DNA from: Malacoraja senta
Lineage: Eukaryota
Assembly (NCBI GenBank): GCA_038087875.1
Contig: CM075996.1
Span: forward strand, 4,464,001-4,528,000
Reading direction: 5' to 3'
DNA length: 64,000 bases
This document shows, piece after piece, positions 11,401 through 21,520 of this stretch. The notes under the pieces were generated by a model. The model did not search any database. It was given only the letters and a program-made list of their open reading frames with translations, and was not told the DNA's origin. Each line of letters begins with the position of its first letter. Position 1 is the stretch's first letter. The position numbers were made by a program, and so were the translations under genes.

Positions 11401-13370
11401 GCAGTTCCAAGACCATTTTAGGTAGACACGAAATGCTGGAGTAACTCAGCGGGTGAGGCAGCATCACAGGAAAGAAGGAGTGGGCGTCGTTTCGGGTCGG
11501 GACCCTTCTTCAGTTTAGGTTCAGTTGGGAATGTGCATGCTTTCATGCACAAGGGTATGGGAGCCCTGTCGACTAAGGGTCTTTGCTTCTCATTTTATCA
11601 CCAAGCACTTGATTTTCTCCTCTGTTCATTCCCTCTTTGCATCAGGCAAACAGAACTCTTCGTCACTGCCTGGCATGGTGATACCTCAGAAGAAATCAGT
11701 TCTTTCAGCGGGATTAGGAGGCATCAGTCTGTCTTCCTCTCCGGTTAAGATGCCAGACGCCGACCCAATCGATGTCGCTGCACACTTGCAGCTTTTGGGA
11801 GAGTCACTGAGCCTCATCGGCCACCGATTACAAGAAACCGAGGTAGGTGAGATGTTAGCGAAGTGTCAGGAGGCGATCAAATTCATTGGAGCATGAATCT
11901 CGGTAACAAATTTGGGGAACATGTTTAAGCCACAAAATAAAACGCAGATTTCTTCACCAGATTTTTTTACACCAAGTCTTTTTTTCTTATGTAGATATTA
12001 ATTGATTTTTTAAATCACCAAGCATGGTAACTCTTTTTTGGAACAGAAGTATCTTTTCAAAGGTTTCAAAGGTATTTTATTGTCACGTGTAGCGGGGTGT
12101 ACAAAATTATGAGAGGAATAGATCGAGTCAACGCACAGTCTCTTGTCCAGAGTAGGGGGAATCGAGAAGCAGAGGACATAGGTTTAAGGTGAGGGGGGGG
12201 GGGGGGGGGGGGAAGATTTAATAGGAAACAGGGGTAATTTTTTCACACAAAGGGTAGATGGGACATGTTGGCCGGTGTTGGGCCGAAGGGCCTTTTTCCA
12301 CGCTGAAAGACTCTGACTCTATAACTGTGACTGAGTTCAAGGACAGCACTGTGAATTTAATTTCACTGTCAAAGAGGCCATCCAGCTACGGATTGGAGAT
12401 TATGTGGTCACATCGCATCAGCAGCTCAAGTGGTAGCCACAAAAGCAATAGGAATTGTGATTTTACTTTTTAAAACTAATTCAGGGATAATATTTAACAC
12501 TATTAAACCCTTTTCTTTGAATTTGTAAAATGGATAGATGAAACAAATGTTCTCTTTCCAGGGTATGGTGGCAGTGTCCGGAAGTCTCTCGGTCTTGCTG
12601 GATTCCATAATCTGTGCACTGGGTCCTTTAACATGCCTCACTGCACAGGTTGACCATCTTAACGGCTGTTCAAAAGAAACCTTGGTGAGTTGTTTTCCTT
12701 CTCCTGCGTTATCCAATGGATGTACTAAAGGAATTTAAAATATAGAGTAGGTTAATTGATTTCAGTATAAATTGCAGGATGTAAACATAGAACTGTGGGT
12801 GTGTACGGGTTGTCGACTCAGTGGGTCGAAGGGCTTGTTTCCATGCTGTGTCTCGAAAACTAAACACTCAAGGAGAAACCATGTGGTCATTGGGAGAACG
12901 TGCAAACTCCATACAGACAACACTGGAGGTCAAAATCAATCCAAATCAATCCTGCGTTGCTGGAGCTGTGAGAGAGCAGGACTGTTGCCAGATAGTTCCT
13001 GAGAGAACCAGGAAGAAACAGATCGTACCCATCACTAATAGGACTGGAGTAGAACACAAAGTGCAGAGTAACTTAGCAGGTCAGGCAGCATCTCTGAAGA
13101 GAATAGATAGGTGACGTTTCAGCTCAGGCCCCTTCCCCAAAATGTTACCTATTCATCTCTTCCAAGGATGCAGCCTGACCTGCTGAGTTACTCCAGCACT
13201 TTGTGTTCTATGCAAAACTCCAGCATTTCTGCCCTTCTTTGTGTCTCCGACAGGACTTGGATCGATTTGCTTGCTGACTTCCTTAATAACTGTATCTTTC
13301 TAATTGTGTTGTTTCATTCACCCAGGCTCACACGCTGGATAACATTGCTTATATCATGCCAGGACTTTGA
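2402..13370 (+). CDS. HMGXB4: HMG box domain-containing 4, 5'-partial; join(2402..2489,5252..6210,7324..7402,8056..8120,9626..9737,11646..11842,12562..12684,13326..13370)
   Basis: Eight GT-AG exons with consistent phases give 1668 nt (555 aa + stop). Motifs DTAMGLLKAITSP, SSSGGELEAGELVIDD, HMG box KKKNISAYQLFCKEYR...FGELSKKLAEVWKQL and C-terminus LDNIAYIMPGL* match recalled vertebrate HMGXB4. Confidence 0.96.
2835..3200 (+). mobile_element. Penelope-like 3' end / pLTR
   Basis: LGSLHPSSMNIDFSN, then the pLTR with a hammerhead-like motif at ~3110-3140 (core mutated to CTGGAGA). Confidence 0.8.
3210..4440 (+). mobile_element. Old Penelope-like ORF relic (linker and GIY-YIG), interrupted by V-SINEs at ~3670-4190
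   Basis: ORF 4207..4404 EMKHRLLGCFAVHVRSI...FHVNSSPHFHTDLS resembles the GIY-YIG segment ETKRRL..RF.EH.RS...HFNSPSH. Confidence 0.65.
3899..4190 (-). mobile_element. tRNA-derived V-SINE (HE1-like)
   Basis: V-domain (gagtttgcacgttctccccgtgacctgcatgggttttc...tcctcccaca) and CR1-type tail ...gtatctctaaaactaaaa. Confidence 0.85.
4489..4660 (-). mobile_element. CR1 LINE 3' tail
   Basis: Near-identical to ~825-995. Confidence 0.88.
5252..6210 (+). CDS. HMGXB4: HMGXB4 large Lys/Ser-rich exon
   Basis: Within ORF 5206..6237; acceptor tatag| and donor AAG|gtaggg. Confidence 0.95.
7324..7402 (+). CDS. HMGXB4: HMGXB4 exon, start of HMG box
   Basis: ttgcag| KKKNISAYQLFCKEYRINIVAEHPGI |gtaaga. Confidence 0.95.
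7432..7760. mobile_element. Two V-SINE fragments head to head (- then +)
   Basis: Minus-strand 3' half at 7432-7632; plus-strand tRNA head at ~7634-7755. Confidence 0.7.
7800..7943 (+). mobile_element. L2-clade LINE 3' tail
   Basis: gtgtccttgag...aaggcgccc.taaataaaatcc followed by (ATT)n. Confidence 0.65.
8056..8120 (+). CDS. HMGXB4: HMGXB4 exon, HMG box
   Basis: cacag| (D)FGELSKKLAEVWKQLPDKDKQ |gtaagc. Confidence 0.95.
8199..8385 (+). mobile_element. Fold-back Penelope-derived short element
   Basis: ~70-bp near-perfect inverted arms; TSD TCTAGACAGACCAGG at 8184-8198 and 8386-8400. Confidence 0.85.
8557..8862 (-). mobile_element. Full-length V-SINE (HE1-like)
   Basis: tRNA-like head GGGCGGCACGGTGGCGTAGCAGTAGAG...GGTTCAATCC, V-domain and (CTAAA)n tail. 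Confidence 0.9.
9190..9468 (+). repeat. 14-bp minisatellite (GTGTTAGYGTGACR)~20 inside a V-SINE 3' half (~9131-9530)
   Basis: Visible tandem array flanked by SINE sequence on both sides. Confidence 0.9.
9626..9737 (+). CDS. HMGXB4: HMGXB4 exon, end of HMG box
   Basis: tctag| VWKQKCQYLQHKQNKAEAMTVKRKLTDSLDDATVKQK |gtacag. Too short to appear in the ORF track. Confidence 0.93.
10294..10611 (-). mobile_element. Poly(A)-tailed retroposon 3' end (L1/Tx1-like)
   Basis: T-run and TTTATT at the left end; TSD TTTTCCAAGTT at 10283-10293 and 10612-10622. Confidence 0.65.
11646..11842 (+). CDS. HMGXB4: HMGXB4 exon
   Basis: atcag| ...DPIDVAAHLQLLGESLSLIGHRLQETE |gtaggt. Confidence 0.93.
12562..12684 (+). 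CDS. HMGXB4: HMGXB4 exon
   Basis: tttccag| GMVAVSGSLSVLLDSIICALGPLTCLTAQVDHLNGCSKETL |gtgagt. Confidence 0.95.
13326..13370 (+). CDS. HMGXB4: HMGXB4 last coding exon
   Basis: cccag| AHTLDNIAYIMPGL-TGA. Confidence 0.95.
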   Translation, partial: AHTLDNIAYIMPGL

Positions 13371-13742
13371 CCTTGAGAGATGTGTGGGACTGGATCAGTA
13401 GCAGAAAACGGAATAATATATTGTAGATAAAGACTGTTCACTGTTGAAGAGCACGGTTGCGTTGTACCCTTTTTCCATAGTATTGTAATTATTGATGAAC
13501 AGTGTGAAAAGACTGCTTTGAAATGGGTGTGACAACAGAAGGCTGGGAGACTTGCTGAGAAGAAGGTGCATTTCTTGGAGGGATCATTGGGTTTGACGTT
13601 GATCTACCAGGGATCACTGCTGCCAAATATGAATATGCCAGTGCTGGACCATCTTCTGCTGAAACCTAATAGTTTTCACGGGTACGTGTCATTTTGTAAG
13701 TTTGTAATGTTAAATGTATATTACAATTTTTTTTAAACTCCA

Positions 13743-13752
13743 AATAAATAAA
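13743..13752 (+). promoter_or_regulatory. Candidate HMGXB4 polyadenylation signal (overlapping AATAAA x2)
   Basis: AATAAATAAA ~370 nt after the stop, downstream of a TGTA/U-rich stretch. Further AATAAA at 14247 and 14254. Confidence 0.5.
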
Positions 13753-14765
13753 ACATTGCTAGTATTTAACAGGTCATTCACCTTCTGGGAAACAAAGTAA
13801 GAGGGTATTGTGATGAAGTTTCACAGCTAAAGTGCCAAACCAGTCTCTTGTCTTCAGTTGATGAACAAACTGTTGTGGATTTGCAGTGCTTTATTTTATT
13901 ATTTTATAGTACTGAAAATTAAGCTTCCCTCGAGTTTCACAATGGTTCTTGCTCATTCCTTGCGACAAATGGCTTTTAACTTGGTTTCATTCAACACTTG
14001 TGTGGATTTTTTTCTATGGTGGATGAGTGCATTTTGCTGAAGACCTGAATGTTTTGTGGAATTGCTCTAACGTATGACTAATTTTCTCTCTTCAATATAT
14101 CCAAAAATCTGACATGAGCGAACAGAATTTTGTATGATTGTGTCTCTGGTTTTCTGGCATACAGTTTTGAACTCTTCCTTTAATACTAATGTGGCTCTCT
14201 GAAAGTACTTTCCAATCACAGGGTACTGTCACCCCTGTACTTAAAAAATAAAAAATAAATTTGCCCTAAGATGTTACCTCATCAAACAAGTTTTCCTTTG
14301 AAACAGTGGATATAAATCTTCGATCTGCTAGGTTTAAAAAAATATATATTTTATAACCATCCAAGATTCTCAAATTATGTCTGGGGCTTTTGTGCAGCTG
14401 CTGCATACTAAAGAACTATATATTTTAAAAAAAAACATGACCTTCATCATGGAATGCATTCCATGTTGGAAAAAAATTGCAGCCATTGACAGATTGATAC
14501 ATTCAGGTCCGATGATTCTGTACATGTAACCATAATATAGCAACGGTTATTGTGTTATGCAGAAAAATGAGGTTGTCAAAATGGCTAACAATCTCTGAGC
14601 CTTTCGGTGATCATTAGCAGCATTCTAAAGTAACAATGGTTACTTTAGAATTATATCACATCATTCTAAAGTAACAATACGTTGTTATTTCATCTGTTTG
14701 CAAACAACATGATTGTCCCATTGCTAAGTTAGGTACTAATTTACTAATACTTCCCTCATTGTTAT

Positions 14766-14981
14766 ATTAAGAAGGAACTGCAGATGCTGGAAAATCGAAG
14801 GTAGACAAAAATGCTGGAGAAACTCAGCGGGTGAGGCAACATCTATGGAGCGAAGGAAATAGGCGACGTTTCGGGTCTCGACCCTTCTTCAGTCTGAAGA
14901 AGTGTCTCGACCCGAAACGTCGCCTATTTCCTTCGCTCCATAGATGCTGCCTCACCGCTGAGTTTCTCCAGCATTTTTGTG
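14766..14981 (-). mobile_element. Fold-back Penelope-derived element with two head-to-head hammerhead motifs
   Basis: TSD TCCCTCATTGTTAT at 14752-14765 and 14982-14995; symmetry centre cttcagtctgaag at ~14892. Confidence 0.85.
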
Positions 14982-15874
14982 TCCCTCATTGTTATGCTAC
15001 TTTTAAACCATAAATTGTTTTCTAACCCAATGGAGAAAGTTGTGCTGGGATAAAATGAGGTTGGTTAAACATACACTAATTACCACCACAGCCAAATGCT
15101 AATTGAAGAATTGTTGGCTGAGTTACCATCATTCTAGTTATTTTCTATCATGTCTTCAATTAATTCATGTTTTAATAAGTTTTAAAATATTCTTCTTTGT
15201 AAGCCATTTAACCTTCATTTTCTTCCCTCAATGCAACCAAAATGACGGTGAATGCTTGGGGCTGCGTGAAGGAGCTCTTTAGATGGAAATACCTTCTGTC
15301 TGAACTGTTTAGTTTCATCACTTGTTTCCAAGGTCACATTTTAAGGATTTAAATACCGTTGAAAATTCAGTCATTTATTTAAGTACTTTGATATTGATCA
15401 AATGATCAAACCGTTTAATTTTAGGGTTGTGGGAATGCATCTGACCTGTCCTTACTGTGAGAAACAGGGTATTTGATGCATAAAATCTAAAGTCACCAAT
15501 TGTCATGTGGGTGTTTGGATGAAAATATGATCCTGCCTAATTGAAGTGGGTGATATGGACTATCATTGCCACACGCACTTCTGAAACAACTTGTTCCTCT
15601 GTAGGTATATTTTATTTCTAAAAATTCAAGTTTAATCGCACCTTGCCAACATTTGAGGTATTTTTCAATTGGTTTGCAGGGATATAGAAGTAAATGGCAG
15701 CAAGTTCTGCCCTTGCTCTGCCATTTAATTAGATCGTGGCATAACAGCATCTTCCAAATACATGACATGGCTCAGTAGCCTTTAGTCTTATTGAAGTTCC
15801 ATCAATCTCGTTTATGAAACTTTTAATTGTGGGGATGAGGGAATGGGCAGGAACTTTCAGATTCCCTTTTTAAA

Positions 15875-16260
15875 TGTACAACAGAAGAGCACAGGATCAG
15901 GCCCTTTGGCTCACAATATCTGGGCTGAACATGAAGGCAAGATAAACTAATCTCATCTGCCTGCACTTGATCCACATCTCTCCATTCCCAGCATATCCAT
16001 GTTCCTATCTAAAAGGCATTTAAGCGACACTATGATATCTGCCTCCACCACCATCCCTGCAGTGTTTCCAGGCTCCCACCACACTCTGCAAAACAAAACA
16101 TGCCCACCACATCTCCTTTAAACATTGCCCCTCTCACCTTAAAGCAATGCTCTAGTTTATGATATTTCCACTCTGAGAAAGTTCTGACTGTCTACCCTAT
16201 CTATACCTCATAATTTTATATACTTCTATCAGGTCTCCCCTCAAATTTACTTTCCAGATA
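15875..16260 (-). mobile_element. Old CR1 LINE fragment
   Basis: Degenerate similarity to the CR1 3' region, like 42385-43160. Confidence 0.7.
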
Positions 16261-17232
16261 AAACATAATACTGTAAAGATGTACTTCATGACATCAGCCC
16301 CACATACTCCAGCAGTTCCCACTCTGTTGGAGTCTATTTGTACCTGTTCCCTCACAATTTCTATTGGAATTTAGACCCATCTCAGATTTAAAACCTTGTC
16401 TTTCACTGGCTAGCTAAGAAGAGACCACAGTGATGGCTGGAATGGGGATTGACAATGTCATGCTAGAGCAATGGAGAGATTTTGGAATCTGTTCGTAAAG
16501 CATTTTTGGGGTTGAGTAGTGAGATTTTATTCATATCTGATCTGGGCATTATGTGCTGCCACTGAGTGCTGGACATCAGAAACAAAACACACACTTAAAT
16601 GAAAATAGATTGTGTAGCATTCTCTCTGCAGATTTCATTGACCACACGTCCCCCAGAGGAAACCACAACACAACCGTGTGTCAGTGAGAGTTACTGAACT
16701 GGTTTTATCTTTTGTAAAAATGTAATTTGGCTGTGGTTTGAAATGTCACCGAGTCACATTGGTTTGTTTTCTGATACTCTCATCGAATCGTAAGTCTGAC
16801 GATATCAGAAGCAATCCTCAATTACTGACCATATAAGTTGGGCATTTCTCTTTTAAAAGTCATATGTGTGTGTGTGTGTATATAGTATCTTTAAAAAAAA
16901 AAGAAAGCAAAGATTTAGAATACTTGCTGTTTTACTTTGAGCTTTTGGTTTATCTTGATTGCACACATTTAACTGTAGCTGTATTATATGCTGTGATATA
17001 AAAGATAATGAGTTTTGTACAAGTCAGTTTCTGTTTGATTCTTTCATTAATTTCTACCCTTCATTGGTGTTATCAGTAGTGGCAACATAGGAAGGAGTTG
17101 GTTGCAGATAATGCTATGACTCATAATTCTAGGACAGTTGTTTACTGTCAATTCTGGCTGGAAGATTAGAATCTTCGGGATGAAATAACCATGTATTTTG
17201 ATGAAGAGAAAGTGAATACAGTGGCCAAGTGT

Positions 17233-17304
17233 GGGGGTGTAGCTCAGTGGTAGAGCATTTGACTGCAGATCAGGAGGTCCCTAGTTCAAATCCAGGTGCT
17301 CCTT
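17233..17304 (+). tRNA. tRNA-Cys(GCA), degenerate, probable pseudogene
   Basis: GGGGGTGTAGCTCAGTGGTAGAGCATTTGACTGCAGATCAGGAGGTCCCTAGTTCAAATCCAGGTGCTCCTT is close to canonical vertebrate tRNA-Cys with intact A and B boxes. It has 4 G-U pairs in the acceptor stem and an A-C mismatch in the T-stem. Confidence 0.85.
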
Positions 17305-17460
17305 AAATTACCTCTTTTAGGGGCTAGTGGAATCAAGGGATATGGGGAGAGGCAGGCACGGGTTATTGATTTGGGACGATCAGCCATAATCACAATGAAT
17401 GGTGGTGCTGGCTCGAAGGGCCGAATGGCCTCCTCCTGCACCTATTTTCTATGTTTCTAT
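17305..17460 (+). mobile_element. CR1/HER1-type LINE 3' tail abutting the tRNA
   Basis: ...gaagggccgaatggcctcctcctgcacctattttctatgtttctat, the same 3' end as the CR1 fragment at 824-1229. Confidence 0.85.
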
Positions 17461-18614
17461 CTCCCCAAAAAGTGTTTTGTTTTTGAAGGATGAAACAAGA
17501 TCAATTGATAAAGAATTGCTAGTGACTTTAGAAAGATTTTCACACACCATTGAGGAAATATAAGAGTATGAAGTCGAAGAATTTCAAACAGGATTTAAAA
17601 ACTGGGAAGCAGGAAGAAAACCAAGATATTCACAATGGTTATTAAATGCATTGTTGTACCACAAACTCCAATTTAGGTTTTTCCTCGCTGCAGGGTCAAC
17701 TGTTAACGGGTAGGTGGACACAAAATGCTGGAGTATCTCAGCGGGATAGGTAGCATCTCTGGAGTGAAGGAATGGGTGACCTTTCGTGCTGAGACCCTTT
17801 CTCAGACTGACTTGAACCAGCATCTGCAGTTCTTTCCTACACAGTTGACAGGCAGGTCCAGAGGGAGTCATTAAGATTGTATATGTCATCAAGGTAAGTG
17901 AAAATCCACGAACTGCAGATATGGAAATGTAAAGCAAAACTAAAAATAGTGGAAATACCTGGCAGGTCAGGGAGAACTTGTGGATGGATAGAATGATTGT
18001 AGACACAAAATGCTGGAGTAAACTCAGCGGCACATGTAGCATCTCTGGAGAGAAGGAATGGGTGATGTTTCGGGTCGAGACCCTTCTTCAGACTGTTTCA
18101 GGTTGAAGAGAATTTCTGTTCATTATCAAATCGTTTTTTCATCACTATGATCTAATGTTAATGAAAATAAAATAATTAGCAAGGAACTATTTCACAGAGC
18201 CTGCAGAGGCTCAATTAATTGAAGGTAGACAAAAATGCTGGAGAAACTCAGCGGGTGAGGCAGCATCTATGGAGCGAAGGAATGGGTGACGTTTCGGGTC
18301 GAGACCCTTCAGACTCACTCAACTCAATGAATCCCTTCAACTCAATTATCCCTCCAACTCAATTGATTGAATGCCATTCTTCAGTGCTAAGAGACAGCAA
18401 CATAGTTCAGAAATAGGCCCTACAGCTCATGATGTCTGTGGTGACCATGACACCAAATTAAACTGATGGCCTAAAACCACCATTACCTGTCTGTTCATAC
18501 CCCATCGAATTGCCTCTTAAATGATGCTATCGTATCTGCTTCCATCAACTTCACTGGCAGTGTGTTTCAGGCACCCACCACTATGTTTTTTAAAAAGCCT
18601 CTGAAATGTTTACG

Positions 18615-18901
18615 AAATTAAGAATAAGGAGTAAAGCCATTTAGAACGGAGACGAGGAAACACTTTTTCTCACAGAGAGTGGTGAGTCTGTGGAATTCTC
18701 TGCCTCAGAGGGCGGTGGAGGCAGGTTCTCTGGATGCTTTCAAGAGAGAGCTAGATAGGGCTCTTAAAAATAGCAGAGTCAGGAGATATGGGGAGAAGGC
18801 AGGAACGGGGTACTGATTGGGGATGATCAGCCATGATCACATTGAATGGCGGTGCTGGCTCGAAGGGCCGAATGGCCTACTCCTGCACCTATTGTCTATT
18901 G
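18615..18901 (+). mobile_element. CR1 LINE 3' end
   Basis: Encodes FRTETRKHFFSQRVVSLWNSLP and ends in a cctattgtctattg tail. Confidence 0.88.
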
Positions 18902-20129
18902 TTTTAATTTTCCTCCTCTCACCAAAAATCTGTGCCCTCTAGTATTTGATATTTCCACCCTGGCGAAAAGACATTGATTAGCTACCCCAAATATGCATTA
19001 AATAATTTTATATACTTCTGTCATGAAAGAGGACAGGAATAAGCAATACGCTGGGATTAAAAAAAGGCTGCATTGCAGATTCAGCGGACTGAACAGTCAT
19101 TTCTGACGTGTATCTTTGCACTAGTGCTTGGACAATTTTGCCTTGATCAGGAGCAAATTGATTGCAGCAGGTTCGAGTAAAGAATAAACAAAGCTTGGAG
19201 ACACAAAATAAAAGTGCAGATGCTCTCATCTTCAACAAAACACAAAGCGCTGGAGGAAATCAGTGGGACAGGCAGCATTTGGGGAGGGAAAAAGCTTATT
19301 CAACTCATGAGTGGACGATTCTTGAAATAGATCTTTTTTCCACCCTTCAAAAGCAGGTGGTGGAAATCTAAAATTTTAAAGTTGTTTTCCTCTGCAGAAA
19401 TGTTGTTTGATCCACTGAGTACTATTTATTTTATTCCCCTTCAATTAAAGTTAAAAATGAAACAGATTTTCTTTCAATGGCCCCTTTGATCTATCCACTG
19501 TGTCCAATGACTACCTCTGCCATAAAACCTTCAATTTGTGTGAATCGTAAAGGTTTATGACAGAGGACGAGGTCATTTGACGAAACACTACCTGACCAAA
19601 ACAAATTGGACTGCCCAGGTTAATCTTACTTCCCTGTTCTGGCTCCATTGCGTTGGAGGTTGCATCTTCACAAGCACTCGTCCAGTTACTTCTGAAATAA
19701 TGGACCAGCCTCCACAACCTCAAATTCCTTCTAGCTTATAAATCTCAAACTCTTCAATACTAAATACCAGAAGGGTCTCGACATATGTGTGTGTGTAGAC
19801 ACAAAATGCTGGAGTAACTCAGCAGGACAGGCAGCATCTCAGGAGTGAAGGAATGGGTGACGTTTGGGAAATTTCTTTTCTCCAGCATTTTGTGTTTATC
19901 TTCAATGTAAACCGGCATCTGCAGTTCCTTCCTATATAAATGTATACGTGTGTGAAAAGGAAAGAACTATAGGTGCTGGTTTAAATCGAAGGCAGGCACA
20001 AAATGCTGGAGTAACTCAGTGGGACAGGCAGCATCTCTGGAGAGAAGGAATGGGCGACGTTTCGGCTCGAGACCCTTCTTCAGATTGATGTGTGTGTATA
20101 TTAAAATACAAAGTACTTTAAGTGTAGTT

Positions 20130-20215
20130 TACACATATATATATATATATATATACATATATATGTGTGTGTGTGTATATATATATATGTATGTGTGTGT
20201 GTATATATACACACA
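20130..20215. repeat. Compound (TA)n/(TG)n microsatellite upstream of the TOM1 promoter
   Basis: Visible in sequence. Confidence 0.9.
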
Positions 20216-20499
20216 CTTAACTTTTTTCTCCATATGTTTACAGTGCACTATGTTCACATATTCTGTTGTGCTGCAGCAAGTAAGAATTTTCATTGTTCTT
20301 TTTGCGACATATGACAATAAGACACTCTTGACCCTTCACCCATTCCTTATCTCCAGAGATGCTGCCTGACCCTCGGGGGGGGGGGGGGGGGGGATATTTT
20401 TGAGTGTATCTCCGGTGTAAACCAGCATCTGCAGCAAAGATTCCAGAGGAGCATCTTGATCTGCAGTACGTTCCTTCTTCCTGCACCAACCAGGTGTCC

Positions 20500-21520
20500 T
20501 TGCTCAGCCCAGGCTGCAGGGGGTGCTGCTGCACAACGTCTTGCTGCTTCCGGAAAGTCGGTTGGTGGTGGTGGGGGGGGGCTAAAAATGAAAGGGCAAT
20601 ATCATCGAACGGTGGCGGGTGTATTTTTTTTTTATAATCGGTATTTGCAAAGTTTGTGGGTGTCAGGTGGGCTTGGGGCTGATTATTTTTGAAGGATTTT
20701 ATGTGGTATTGTTTTTCTGCGCTGACGTCATCGCCCATGGGGTGGCGGTTGGGGCACGTGACGGAGTCAGCTGACCGCCCGCCTCCCGCCTCCCTCCCTC
20801 CCGCCTCCCTCCCTCCCGAGCGGCGGACATGGAGTTCCTCTACGGGAACCCCTTCAGCACCCAGGTCGGACAGCGAGTCGGTAAGAAAGCGCCAGTGAAG
20901 CGAAGCGGTGAAGCGTCGGTCGGTCGGGCGGTCGGTCGGGCGGTCGGTGTTTTCCTGTTGGAAACGCGAAAGCCCCGTCGCCCCCGAACTTGTTTCCAGA
21001 CGCTGTCAGTTGCATTGAGAGGGGGATTTAACGGCTCAACTGCGGGGCCAAGCGGTGATCGACGAGGATGCGGGCCAATGAGGAGGCTGGCTTCGCAAGG
21101 GGGGGGCGGGAGTTAGGCGGTGCCGATACCTCCCATTGGCCAATGGGGCGTGTGGTGGGCGGTGCTTCACACAGCGATTGACAGCCTGTACGGCCAATGG
21201 GGAAGGCTGCCTTCTGGACGTGATCGATGGCCGATTGGCAGCGATACTGGCCAATGAGCAGGCTGCCTTCGGGAGGATTGGCCAATGGGACGGGTGGTGG
21301 TGGGCGGTGCTTCACTCTAGTGGTTGATTAGCGGCCAATGAGGGGGCTGCCGACTGGAGAAGAGCCAATTGGGCGAGTAGTGGGCGGTGCCTTGTCTTGG
21401 TGATTGACAGCGATAAGGCCAATGAGGAGCTCCGGGCGTCAGGGATTGGCCAATGGGCCGTGGGGTGGGCGGTGCTTTTCTCAGCTGATCGACAGTGGGC
21501 GGGCTGTTTGTTGACCAGGT
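20500..21520 (+). promoter_or_regulatory. TOM1 CpG-island promoter and first-intron regulatory region
   Basis: Sharp rise in GC and CpG. TTCCGGAA 20548-20555, CRE TGACGTCA 20723-20730, E-box CACGTG 20755-20760, GC boxes, and 14 CCAAT/ATTGG motifs in 21075-21454. Confidence 0.85.
20829..20880 (+). CDS. TOM1: TOM1 exon 1 (coding part)
   Basis: gacATGG start context; [17 protein letters not shown]; donor G|gtaaga. Confidence 0.93.

Noticed and set aside
12193-12212. Long poly-G runs (also ~20374-20393) as functional G-quadruplexes
   Set aside because: They lie inside decayed repeats, and homopolymer lengths are unreliable in assemblies.
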